Shown here piece after piece: positions 48,351-61,142 of a DNA stretch of 64,000 nucleotides. The DNA is taken from NCBI GenBank assembly GCA_965235115.1, contig OZ249436.1:28522001-28586000 (forward strand). The letters run 5' to 3'. This stretch comes from Laetmonice hystrix (Eukaryota). The stretch's first letter is position 1, and the number at the start of each line of letters is the position of its first letter. Made by a program: the position numbers and the translations under genes. Below the pieces are notes generated by a model. It searched no databases. It was given only the letters and a program-made list of their open reading frames with translations, and had not been told where the DNA came from.

Positions 48351-50401
48351 TTTTAGCCCCCACAACGGGGGGCTTATAATTCGACCTCCGTCCGTCCGTC
48401 CGTCCGTACGGCCGTCCGTCCCTCCGTATGTCCGTAGACAGCGATTTCTCAGAAGTGTATGGGTCGATTTCTTTGAAACTTCACACAAGGATCAGGGATG
48501 AACTGCGGATGATGCACGTCAAACAGATTTTTGATATCATTCAAAATGGCCGCTTGGCGGCCATCTTGAATGTAAACACATTTTGAGCAATAACTCAGCC
48601 AAAACAATCACGATTTCTTTCAAACATGGTGCAGGGATGAGGCATAATGAGGGCCAATATGCATCACAATAAAATTTCAATTCAGATCCAAAATGGCGAG
48701 ATGGCGGCCATATTTGTTTCTTGACCCCCACAATGACACTGTTTTGGCTTATATCTCGAAAACGGTGCAAGATGACGCAATAGTTCCTATTATTGATAGA
48801 TAGGAAGTCATATATGACGTTTCATTTGGCGCCATTTTCGATGACCTTGAGCGACCTTGAAAGGTCAATCAAGGTCATGCATATTTTCAATAGCCTGGAT
48901 CTTCAAAACAGTTAAAGATAACGACATAATCTTGCATGAAACATTACATAATGATCCGGGAAAGTCCACGGATAAGGCAGGTCAAAGATATTTTTGACAT
49001 CAGTCAAAATGGCCGCGTGGTGGCCATCTTGGATGTAAACACATTTGGAGTGATAACTCACACAAAACGATCCCGATTTCTTTCAAATTTGGTGGAAAGA
49101 AGGTGTATATGAGGGGCAATGTATATGCCAATGTATTGCCAGATCAGAGCAAATATGGCGACATGGCGGCCATATTAATATTTTTACCTCCCCCCTATAA
49201 CACTGCTTTGGCTCATATCTCCAAAACGGTGCAAGATAAGGCAATAGTTATTATTATTGACAGATAGGAAGTCATATAATTATGACGTTTCATTTGGCGC
49301 CGTTTTCGATGACCTTGAGCGACCTTGAAAGGTCAATCAAGGTCATGCATATTTGCAATAGCCTGGATCTTCAAAACAGTTAAAGATAACGACATAATCT
49401 TGCATGAAACATTACATAATGATCCGGGACAGTCCACGGATGAGGCAGGTCAAATATATTTTAGACATCAGTCAAAATGGCCGCGTGGTGGCCATCTTGG
49501 ATGTAAACACATTTAGAACAATAACTCAGACAAAACGACCCCGATTTCTTTCAAATTTGGTGGAAAGAAGGTGTATATGAGGGGCAATGTATATGCCAAT
49601 GTATTTCTAGATCAGAGGAAATATGGCGACATGGCGGCCATATTAATATTTTACTCCCCCCCCCCATAACACTGCTTTGACTCATATCTCGAAAACGGTG
49701 CAAGATAAGGCAACAGTTATTATTATTGATAGATAGGAAGTTATATATGAAGTTTTATTTGGCGTCATTTTCCATGACCTTGAGCGACCTTGAAAGGTCA
49801 ATCAAGGTCATGCATATTTTAATGGCCTGTACCTCCAAACCAGTTGAAAATAACAACATCTAATCTTGCATGAAACATTACATAATAACCAGGGACAGTC
49901 TAAGGAGGACACAGGTCAAATATATCATTAAAAATGGCTGCTTGGTGGCCATCTTGGATTTAAAGAAATTCGAAGCAATAACATTTTCTGGATTTCATTC
50001 TTGCTGACAGAAGGCATGAGGGGCAACAAGCGTGCCAAAAGTATGCATAGTTCCTGGACCCACAGATAATTTGTCCCTACTCAGTTGGTTCACGCCAGAC
50101 AACGCTATTAAACTGTACATAACTGACCTCTAAAGGTCAATCGAGGTCAAGCATGTCTACAACACTTCATGTCGGATAACACTATCAAACTGTACATAAC
50201 TGCATAGTTATTGCAGACACATGCATTTTTACGCCGGATAACGCCATCAAGCTGTACATATAACTGCATAGAACTTTACTAAGTTTACAAAGTTTCATTT
50301 GACAATATTTCCTTTGCCCTTCAAAGATCAATTGAAGTCGTGCATCGTTTTTTCAAGAATCCATAGTTCGTGGTGGGGGCTATAAGCTTCACAAGCTTGT
50401 T
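48351..50401 (+). mobile_element. HINE/DINE-1-like element, family 1, copy 2
   Basis: Same termini, (GTCC)n and 3' hairpin as 21393-22960, with one extra ~468-bp super-unit; T-run flanks and no TSD. Confidence 0.9.
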
Positions 50402-50808
50402 TTATGATTGTGAAGCAAGAAAACAACGCGGGATAGCAAGCTGCTGTTAGTAACGAAGTGTTGACAGAAGGCCTGTATACCGTAACCGGTGACAGCTGAA
50501 AATATCGTTAAACAGGTGTGGGGTGTCCCACAATCAGAGTGCCGAGCTTGACGTCAGGTTTTGCAGGGCCAGGTTTGTCAAAACTTGCTGAAGATTAGGC
50601 TTAACGCTTCTGATTGGCTGGTCTAAGCAAGTCCATGGTCTGACACACATTTGACTTACCTGTTGGGAAGGTGTATTTTTTTCATTTCCAAGGAATGTCT
50701 AAGCACACGAAGCACACACGTGCCTCACGAATTGGCTTTGGGACGGAATGATATACTATGAAATTAACTGGACATTTATGCTACAACCATTCCAATAATT
50801 CAAACATA

Positions 50809-50908
50809 NNNNNNNNNNNNNNNNNNNNNNNNNNNNNNNNNNNNNNNNNNNNNNNNNNNNNNNNNNNNNNNNNNNNNNNNNNNNNNNNNNNNNNNNNNNN
50901 NNNNNNNN
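50809..50908. other. Assembly gap (100 N) followed by (AG)n
   Basis: Run of N; ag repeat at 50909-50946. Confidence 0.99.
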
Positions 50909-50949
<41 letters not shown>

Positions 50950-52375
50950 TTTAACCAACAGCAACAAGGGTGAGGGTTGCAGAAGATAATTGCAGGTCAC
51001 TAATGGATCCCTTAATTTATGTGCAGACCGCCACTGCCTGCCTGTCTGCGCTATGCATCTATTAATAGGGTTGGGAGAGACATGTGCGGTCAGACAACAT
51101 GTGCAAGCATTTCAAAACTTAGACCCCCTACATGTAACGAATGATTAGGCCTACTTCCCTTCATTATTAGAAGTCTCCTCAAAAGGTTTGATACCAGGTA
51201 ACAAAACTCGCAACGGCGATACGGCCATATATTGTGGTCAGTGTGAGCAAGGAGTATAGAATTCTATACTCGTTGGTGTGAGCAGGGGAGGCAGGCAGGC
51301 AGGCGGGCGGGCGTTCATTGCAGGGTGTCTGCTGCCAACGTCCCCCATCTCTTTCCAACCGTCGCCTGCCCAAACTATAATGAGTATTGCCTTTATATTT
51401 TAGAGGCCCGAAGCTTAACATGTTAGCAAGCTACTCCTAAAATTTCATGACGAAGGATGTGATAATGTCGGATATATACACATGCCCTACTTTTAGTCTA
51501 CCATAGCGACCGTGTCCACGCAGGACTGACCCACATAAGAGAGGGAACATGTCACTAAGTAGGTCATCCATTAATCGTGAAATTCATCGCCTGTCCTCAC
51601 TATTTTGGTATTATACTGAACTGCTGTCTTGTTAATTATAAATTGTGCTTATTGAAATTTATAATATAAAAGAGCAGACACTTTGAAGTCCCTACCCTAT
51701 AAATATTAAAGGGTGTGAGCTTACCGTTCCGTCCCTAGTGCAAATTACACAAATGACGTTATAGCTGACGTAAGAAGTCACGTGACACGAAAATTATGAT
51801 ACCTAATTAAAGAGGCCACCAAGATGTATCAGATTCATGAACAAGTATGCCTCTGTCTTAAGTCTTTCAAACGTTACAGCGATTACTCTCCGAAATGGCC
51901 CACATTCAAAACTTCAAAGTCACGTGGTTTAGTGAAAATAGGTCAAATTGTTTACCCGATGCACCAGTTTGTGGAGCTTACATTGGAGAATGCTTCTACC
52001 ACATATTGTCAAATTTCACCAAAAAATGGCGAAGAAGAATAAATTTAACCGATTTGTGACCTCTGACCCAGTTCTCCCTCAGCTTAAAGGTCAAAGGTCA
52101 AAACAAAGGTCAGATTTAGGCAATACCCTTGCCTGATTATCTTGGCATGAGACGTTTTTGAAATTCTCAATATGAGTTTTAGAAAATGGCCTCAATGCGT
52201 AAAACACGATTAACGTCATGACGTCATGACGTGACGTCATATGACGTCAAGCTTCAAACTGCCAATTCTCTCTGGCGTCCTTAATATGCCTACCAAGTTT
52301 TGTATTGCTATCTTGAAAAATGAGCGAGATACGATGCTAAAGAGAATGAGTTTAACTACTACACCTACTACGGGA

Positions 52376-55300
52376 ACTAGATAGGATGTGGCGATAGCCA
52401 CATTGTGAATCCCATCCCCCTGGGGCGTTCCCGTCCGACTCTATCTTGCACAGTTTTCACCTGACAAATAAGTCAATGAATACAACTTCGGACACACTAA
52501 AGATGCGCCCGCTAAATTGAATTAACTGATAAATACCTTTCCCATCTGGGTCACTGTCAAATTCCCTTGGCAGGTTGCAAGGACATAGTTAGTCTCGAGA
52601 TTAACCCAATCTGTGGATTTACACATATTTTTAGTTCCCAGAAAGTCGAAATTTTTTAGCCTTTTCTCATTTTTGGAGACTGGCCCTTATTTTGCTGGCC
52701 AAGGACAAAAGAATTCCATTAAACAGGACTACCAAACGTACCCAACCTTAAATCTAGGCTAGATAGTAAATTAATCTTGGGATTAACTTCACACAATATT
52801 CTTGATACCGGCCACCTGAGTTTTCCTTTATTTTATATGTTTTCCCCCAATTCCCTGAGTTTTCCCTGACTGGAAAAATGTAACGCCGATTTCAAGGTTG
52901 TCCCTGATTTTTTGAGTGGCTGGGAACCATGTGAAAGAGATTCCAATGCCGTCATAATATGATCATTATGGTCTCCGGTCGATATGGCCCTGACCGATAA
53001 CGCCTGGTTGATATGGCCCAGGCAGTTGGTCGATATGGCCCACCCCCGGTCAATATGGTACACTAGCTAACTTTTAACGGTAATGCCATCATGTGTTGCT
53101 AGTCTGAGAATATTTTCCTTTTAGGCTGAAAGTGGAGATGTCAGCACCTGTACCTGAGTGTGAGAATGTTTTTTCACGGTACGCTGCATAAGTAATATTG
53201 GTATCATTTGAAAGAGCATAATCTTCCCATCTTTCCATTCATGTTTAATAGTAACTATGGGACTATCTAGCGCCGTTTTGGAGTTATAGTCATTATAGTA
53301 CTCCACAACATATCTAGTTTAACTCTACTTCTATTCAAAACAAAACAGATTCAAAAACATATACCTGTATGTATTAGACAGTTATACCTACAGTTCAAAA
53401 CCAAAGCTAATTCAGTTATGTCAGTTCTGAATAGACATAGGCCTAATGCTCCAAACCTACCCTCACTGGGAGGAAAGGGGGACTAGTCACGACCGACGAC
53501 CGGGCCCGAAAAGTGACATGTATCCACATCAATCTGCTGGCTCACTAAACCTGGCTCGCCAAGAGTTGTTTTGTAACTTCAAGAAGACAACCTTCATGAG
53601 AGTTTTGTTTTATTGCTCTCCTCCAATATAAGATTTTAAAAAATATGTATTAGACAGTTACACATACAGCTCTAAAGCACCGCTAATTCATTCAGTTGGG
53701 GTTGTTCTGGGTACAGATTCCTCCAACAACACCCTGACTGTGAGGACTGGGGCAGTCGACACCAGCGGGCCTTACCAGTAGCACTTACATAACACTCTGC
53801 CGACCCGGCCGGAGCCGAACGGCGAACGCACAGTGGGCGATCTGTGTATACAGAGACCCCAACCATCCTAGTGCCAAACATTATAATATGTGAAGACTAA
53901 TACACATGACAACTTATGATTGTGGCTATAATGCCTTTCGAGAACAAGAATTGAACAATCAGTGGTATACCTTACTCTATGTACTTTACAACAGATGTAC
54001 TTTCATATGGCTATGTGTAATACCTTTCAAGATACAGCCCGTAGAAGTTCGGTTACATAAATCAGAAAGATGACGTCATAGATGACGTCACATGTCTCGT
54101 GATACATACATTATGGTACTTAATTAACGAGGACATTCCCTTTTATAAAGTTAATGAACAATTAAGGCTCTGTCTTAAATCTTTCAAAAGTTACAGCAAG
54201 GACCTTTCAAAATGACCCGAGTTCAAAACTTCAAAGTCACGTGGTTTAGTGAAAATAGGTCAAATTGTTTACCCGATGCACCAGTTTGTGGAGCTTACAT
54301 TGGAGAATGCTTCTACCACATATTGTCAAATTTCACCAAAAAATGGCGAAGAAGAATAGATTTAACCGATTTGTGACCTCTGACCCAGTTCTCCCTCAGC
54401 TTAAAGGTCAAAGGTCAAAACAAGGGTCAGATTTAGGCAATACCCTTGCCTGATCTTGGTGTCTATCAAAAGAGTATGAATGGCTTTTTATTGATGTTCA
54501 ATAGTAAGCATGACCCCATCTTGTCCTGTTTGCGAGTTATAATCCTTAGAAGTTGCCAATGATGTGATTATAACATGCTTATAGCAAGTATAGACGGTAA
54601 AGGTAAGGCCAAAAAGAAACCCTTTGGAAATCCTTTGAAGAAATCAGTTACGTCATTATGACATCATACATTATGCTACATCATAAATCTTGGTGTCTAC
54701 GGAAAGAGCATATGTGACTTCCTATTCATGTTCAAAGTAACTACGGTATGCCTATAACTTCTACCAGTTATAAGTTCTGGCCCTGGGAAAACAATAGAAG
54801 ATATCCTGATGACGTCACAGGTCACGTGACCTAATAAATAGTGGTGCCAAATGAAAGGGCATTCATATGACTTCCTATTAGTGTTTAATAGTAACTCTGG
54901 CTCTAACTTCAACCATTTACAAGTTAGAGCCCTGACAAAATATCAATGACATCATGATCATTATGATGTCATACAGCACGTGACCTAAAAATAATGGTGC
55001 CAAATAAAAGAGCATATGACTTCTTATTTGCGTTTAATAGCAACTCTGACTCTATCTTGAACCCTTTACAAGTTATAGCCCTGGGAAAATATGGATGACA
55101 TCATTATGACGTAATAGGTCACGTGACCTATAAAATAATAGTCCCAGATGAAAGAGCATATAGGACTTCCTATTAGTGTATAATAGTAACTCTGGCTCTA
55201 TCTTTAACCATTTACAAGTTATAGCCCTGAGAAAATATGGATGACATCATTATGACGTCATAGGTCACGTGACCTACAAAAGAATGGTGCTAGATGAAAG

Positions 55301-56366
55301 AGCATATAGGACTTCTTATTAGTGTTTAATAGTAACTCTGGCTCTATCTTCAACCCTTTACAAGTTATAGCCCTGAGAAAATATGGATGACATCATTATG
55401 ACGTCATAGGTCACGTGACCTACAAAATAATGGTGCCAGGTGAAAAAGTATATAGGACTTCCTATTAGTGTTTAATAGTCACTCTGACTCTATCTTCAAC
55501 CATTTACAAGTTATAGGCCTGAGAAAATATAGATGATATCATTATGATGTCATAGGTCACGTGACCTACAAAAAAATGGTGTCAGATGAAAGAGCATATA
55601 GGACTTCCTATTAGTGTTTAATAGGAACACTGGCTCTATCTTCAACCATTTACAAGTTATAGCCTTGAGAAAATATGGATGACATCGTTATGACGTCATA
55701 GGTCACGTGACCTATAAAATAATGGTGACAAATGAAAGAGGATATATGACTTCCTATTCGTACTCAATAGTAACCATGGCCCTATGTGGCACCTTTTACA
55801 AGTTAAAGCTATAGATAGCTCAATGGGCCACTTTTCAAAATTTCAAGGTCACGTGGTTCAGTGAAAATAGGTCAAATTGCTTACCCGATGCACCAGTTTG
55901 TGGAGCTTTCATTGGAGAATGTTTCTACCAGATATTGTCAAATTTCACCAAAAAATGGGGAAGAAGAATCAATTTAACCGATTTGTGACCTCTGACCCAG
56001 TTCTCCCTAAGCTTAAAGGTCAAAGGTCAAATCAAGGGTCAGTTTTAGGCAACACCCTTGCCTGATTATATTGGCATGAGGCGTTTTTGAAATTTCCAAT
56101 AGGAGCTAAGAAAATGGGCCTCAATGCACGAAACACAATTTACGTCATGACGTCATGACGTGACGTCATATGACGTCATGCTTCAAACTGCCAATTCTTT
56201 CTGGCGTCCTTAATATGCCTACCAAGTTTTGTATTGCTACCTTGAAAAATGAGCGGAATACGATGCTAAAGAGAATGAGTTTAACTACTACACCTACGGG
56301 AATAATAATACGGAAGATGAAACCACACAATTTCAAAATCCCATCCCCTTGATGGGGGATGGGATA
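52376..56366 (-). mobile_element. HINE-type element, family 2, inner ~4-kb copy
   Basis: Minus-strand 5' end tatcccatccccc..ggggatggga; 3' end gggggatggga + hairpin atgtggc-tatc-gccacat + ctagt. Inserted between two T residues (minus strand) with no TSD. Confidence 0.85.
54640..55810. repeat. 146-bp tandem array (~8 copies) inside the family 2 HINE
   Basis: ggtcacgtgacc recurs at 55117, 55263, 55409, 55555 and 55701, with more diverged units at about 54820 and 54977. Confidence 0.9.
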
Positions 56367-57842
56367 ATAATAATACGGAAGATGAAACCACACAATTTCA
56401 AAATTCCCATCCCCTTGATGGGGGATGGGATAATAATTCAAACATAATGCCATATCGCCAAGATGTACACTGAATATACGTTATTTCTTAATAGCAGGCG
56501 TATTTCACATTTATTACAGTAAGCAAAGTGCCTTTCTGACATCCTGAGACATCAAATGTACTTTTAGTATTAATAAAATATAGCGGAATACACCCCACAT
56601 TTATGCAGGCCTGGCTCGGACACAGAAGCAGGTGCGTACCGTGAATCAGTTTACCTAACAGTTAGGTCGTAATTATGTCAGGCATTGCCTGTGAGGCAAA
56701 ACTAGTGTAGGGATTAAACTTCTAAAAATAAGCCAACACTTTGTGATATGTGATGCTCATCTCTGTCATATTTTTGCCCTTCTCACCCCTCTTTCACGGT
56801 CGGTGTCGCCCCATTCCCCAAACGGGCTGGAAATGTGAGTAGTAAACGGTGTCACCGCCCGAGGCGCTCAACTGAAGGAATGCCGAACCCCTGTCTCCTA
56901 GTTACTGGTATCCCTAGAGACGGACCAGTAACGCCTGGGAAACGGCAGTTGGCAGAGGATTACAGATTCAGTAGGCTGACAGATGGCAGAGGATTACTAT
57001 CTGACAGATCCATTTCGCTGACAGATGTCAAAGGTGATGACAGACTATTGGCTGAGAGGTGGAAGGAGAAATTCATCTGACAGATATGTTATTGGGTAAC
57101 ATATTCTAACTGCTGGCATGTGGCAAAGTAAAGCTAACCGCCTCAATATGACCCTGACCGTTTCGGAGACTTAAATCCCCCAGTCCAAACCCAAAGGTGT
57201 AAAATAATAACACCTGAAATTGCTGTAGTTGTATAAAACGAGTATAATTTTATTTTTTGTCAAACATGTTTTGCAGTCTTGTATGGCAGTCAGTTTCATC
57301 AGATCAGACTCACCACTGTAGAATATGTTGTAAAACACCAAGGGAAAAGTCTCTTGTCTGGTTGTCGTCATCAATCATGCAGGGATAGCGCCTAGACAAA
57401 GGTACCTGTCTCATCTCACTGTATCTCACGAATGTCGAATCCTTTCCAAAGTTCATGGGACATCAATCGATCAACACCGTTTTACGGTCCTGAATAAGAC
57501 GGTCTGCCTTCAGGCAGTAAACATTGGTACTAAATCCTTGGTATTTTTCTGTTGCTGAAAACGCTGTCCTTATTTAATATGAAGAAGGGCATTGACTTCG
57601 AAGTATGCATAGTCATTTGTTTTGGCCCATTCTCGTGGGATAAGCGGATGAATTCAGTTTGTAAGTATTCGTACCAATTATTGTTACAGCCATGTTCGGT
57701 CAGGATGCAGGGAGATAAATTAAGGCCTCTGAGGTGTCTGTTTATCAATAGTTGACATTGAGTTTCACAGCTGGGGCAGAGGTGTAAAATAGCTGACAGT
57801 GGATGGGCTACAGGCCACATTCAGCATTTTCCTATAACTGCG

Positions 57843-58469
57843 TCACTGGTTCTGGACGTACAAACCTCCGCGCTGACGTATAGAACGAGGTTCTGCTGCC
57901 GGCAAAACCTGGGGTCGATGTTTTTTGTAGACCATGGTGATGTGGCTATCACGAGTATGATTCTGCTGTAATGGACTGCCCAGAGGATCCCAGAATACAT
58001 CGAGGCAAATAATTTCATACTCGCGGCGCTTTCCATAAACTCTGTCATTATGCGCCGAATAAAAACTGGCGACGTTTTTTCTGTCTTGTTCAGAAACGTC
58101 GTTCAGGGAATAACATCCCATAAAGGAAAGTGTTAAGCGGCAAACAGATAGGAGTGCAAGAGTCTCCTCCCCGGAGATTATTTTCGGAGAATCCATCTCT
58201 ATCGTAATCAATCCATTTTCGAGGTCGGTAGCGGTCGGCTCGGGTAGGTCGCCGCCTTTCAATCGGTACGCACTTAGGCTGGCGTGTATAGGGTCGCTGT
58301 GGAAACCTTGGGGGCAGTGATTCAATAAGGACCAACAGGATTTGGCCAGACAGTTGCATATCTTACCTCCCCAGGATAGCGGGTCTAGCCTTAAACAGGT
58401 TTCACACACTGTGGAGGATAAGCGACTGATATTGGTGGAAGTTCGTGGTCTGGTTGGCTGAACCCCCAT
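57843..58469 (-). pseudogene. 208-codon intronless ORF of unknown family within a decayed coding-like tract
   Basis: ATG-initiated non-repetitive ORF followed by further broken minus-strand frames to about 57170; no motif recognised. Confidence 0.35.
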
Positions 58470-59256
58470 TTATAGGCCTACTTCAGTAGGCGGTTCGCGT
58501 GGCGATTTTCTTGCGAATCTTGAGTTTTAAAGAATTAGATTCAGGGGTGGATATCAAGCAAATACTGCATGTTAGATTCCATCCTTAAAAATATATATAT
58601 ATATGGCCGAGGTAACCGTGGAATACATGTATACTATTGGTGGAACCTAGATGGTAGACATCGATGGAGTACCGAAAGATGATTATCCCATGAGCCAAAA
58701 CCATCCAACAACTGATACCGCATGCATGTGGATTTTATCGGACAAATTATCAGAAAGAAAGCCTAAAACAGTTTAAATCTATATTAATTCGTTTTTGGTT
58801 CAAAGAATTTTCCTCATGTTGGGCGCAAGTAAATGAGGAATATAATTTAATAAGCTCTTTATCGTTCAGATAAATATCACAAGAAAATACAGAAGATTGT
58901 GGTAGCCCTGTGATTCTGAATTCAGTTAAAGGGTGGAACTCGCTGCGAGATTCTGGGTAGGTCGATAGTACATAATTATGACATAGGCACTGATGTCAAG
59001 CCTAAAACGCAGAATAGAAAGAAAAGTGTGGTTAATTATATAGGCTTGCCTGTTTTCGTATGCCATTTATTTATATTAGTGAGATCAACAAAAAGGGATT
59101 CGGTATCCTGTTATTATTTCAGACCGTCGGTCAGCACGACCATTGCTATAAATAGCCTAAAATGTAAGTTTAGTGGTTCACCTAGAAGTGGCGGCGAGAC
59201 AGGCTTGTCTGTCACCTCAGTGACTTGGCAGATTGTCATTGTCGACACTCGTATTT

Positions 59257-59408
59257 CTGGGCCCGGATTTACAAAACTTGAGATCTTGCTTATATTATGC
59301 TTAATCTTAAGGCTTTTGATTGGGTGGCCAAGCGGACCCGGCGTGCATGGGTGGTCTAAGCAGACTGCATGGCGTGGGTGGTTCGACTGCCTGGCGTGGG
59401 TGGTCTAA
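59257..59408. mobile_element. Left part of a CTGGGCCC-family MITE running into a 27-bp minisatellite
   Basis: ctgggcccggatttacaaaactt..gcttaatcttaaggcttttgattgggtggccaagc resembles 17832 and 50565; it is followed by gcatggcgtgggtggtctaagcagact-type units. Confidence 0.6.
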
Positions 59409-61139
59409 AGGGCGCGGTCCACTGTCCCGATCGTGCCCGATCGGATCGGCACCGATCACTGCAAGGATCGGCCCCCAAATCGTACCCGATTACTTGAAAC
59501 CGATCCTAACGTCCATTGTCCCGAGTGATCGGTACCGACCAATTGAAATCGGTACCAATCCATGGGCGGATCCAGGAATTTTTTAGGGGGGCTAACCATC
59601 GGCCAAAAACATATTGCCTATTCTAAAGCCATGGCTTTACAGGGGGAAACTGCCCCCCCCCCCGCCCCAAAAAAATCCCCCTATCATAGTAGGCCTAATT
59701 TGACGGCAAGCAGGTTGGGATCGTCGGTGGTATCATCGAATTGCCCAGCAGGCTTTTCATTTCTATCAGAAAAGTGGGCTCCTGATGCCGGGAAATAGCT
59801 GGGGGTTTTTTTGCCTTCCATATTAATTTTGGGACGGGGACGGAGGGCCCCCGGACTCCAAGCCGCAGGAACGGCTCACACCTTTGGCACTCGCAGAATT
59901 TTATCTTAACTTTATCTCTGCAGCCCCCTTTCGCAAATGCCTGGATCAGCCCCCCCCCCCCCCAATATCTTGTTCATTACATAAATATGCAGAGTATTCC
60001 AAATCCCATGCAGGGACGGATCCAGGTTGGCTCCAAATTGGGGGGTGGGGGTGGGGGGGGGGGGTTGTGACTGCCAAGAAGGGGTGTAGACTCTATGCTT
60101 GGTTTGAACCTTACGTCATGGGGGGGGGGGGGGGCTTGCAACCCCTTCACCATCCACTGGATCGGCCACTGATTCTCATGTAAATACATATAAGATAAAT
60201 GCTGCTTGCATGTTCTATTACGTGCAAAAAACGTCTTCAACAAATTTTTACCTGGCGCATTTAGCGGGAGGGGGTGACAGCACGCTCCCCTGTTTATTCA
60301 AAAACTTTTTTTCAGCTGTAGGCCCTTGGCCTAACTATGATAACACCTTGCAATTCGTTCTCAGATGCCAGGGAAACGCGGCACTTTAATTTTCATCTTT
60401 GTCAGACCCCTCTCCCCCACTCAAGGCTTCGCGTCTTCGCATCGGGGGGGGGGGGGGGGCTTCCCCAAATTCCTGAATCCGCCCCTGACTGCCCTACTCA
60501 GAAAGTTCGAACCTGGGTAGGCTATGATTCAGCCTTGATCATCAAGGCCCTCTGCAGGCATACGCCGCGAAGAGGGCCTTGGTTTCCGTTTGCGAACCTC
60601 TTGCTCCCTCCCTTCCCCATTGTTTTGGCGACGTTGGTAAGCACCTTTACCGCCCAAATTAGGCCACCTAGACAGAGAAAACCGATGGCAAAAATACCCC
60701 ATCTTCTCCATAATACGCAGTGGCGGATCCGGCGGGGGGGGGGGGGGGGGGTGTCGGCGAGGTCCGGACCCCCCCCCCCCTCAAATTTGCCAAATTTAAT
60801 TTTTTATAACCAAAATGCCTTTTGTTTTTATAACGGACCCCCCTCGATTTGCCCTTTTTATGCTGGACCCCCCTAGGACCCCCCCCCCCCTGAATATAGA
60901 TCCTAGATCCGCCCCGGAGGCGTATATACCATCGATCGGGCCCGATTGCAGGATCGGCCCCGACCACATTAAACCGTGTTAAAGCGATCGGGCCTGTGAA
61001 ATCATCGGATCCGATCATCTTACATCGGGAACGATCCTTACGTCCACTATAACGATCGATCGGGGGTAACAAACGATCGCCCCCGATCAGATCGTAGGTC
61101 GAGATCGGGCCCGATGATCGGGACAGTGGACCGCGCCCT
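59409..61139. mobile_element. PIF/Harbinger-like MITE (GATC-rich) with internal insertions
   Basis: Perfect 24-bp TIRs agggcgcggtccactgtcccgatc / gatcgggacagtggaccgcgccct; TAA at 59406-08 and 61140-42. Confidence 0.9.
59561..60917. mobile_element. Cluster of CAGGGGCGGATCC-type (hAT-like) MITEs and fragments
   Basis: Left ends at 59561, 60011 and 60718; right ends at about 59953, 60171, 60487 and 60917; poly-G/poly-C interiors. TSDs are degenerate. Confidence 0.7.
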
Positions 61140-61142
61140 TAA

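Larger units (their letters stand above)
51670..56436 (-). mobile_element. HINE-type element, family 2, outer copy (about 51670-52375 plus 56367-56436)
   Basis: 51900-52375 is nearly identical to 55830-56300. The missing terminal ~70 bp (..cccatccccttgatgggggatgggataat) resumes at 56367. Left boundary is approximate. Confidence 0.75.

Noticed and set aside
50758..51000. ORFs spanning N run and RE/SL repeats
   Set aside because: Artefacts of the assembly gap and the (AG)n microsatellite.
60337..61072. 179-aa and 134-aa ORFs
   Set aside because: They cross the boundaries of several nested MITEs and poly-G/C runs; chance open frames.
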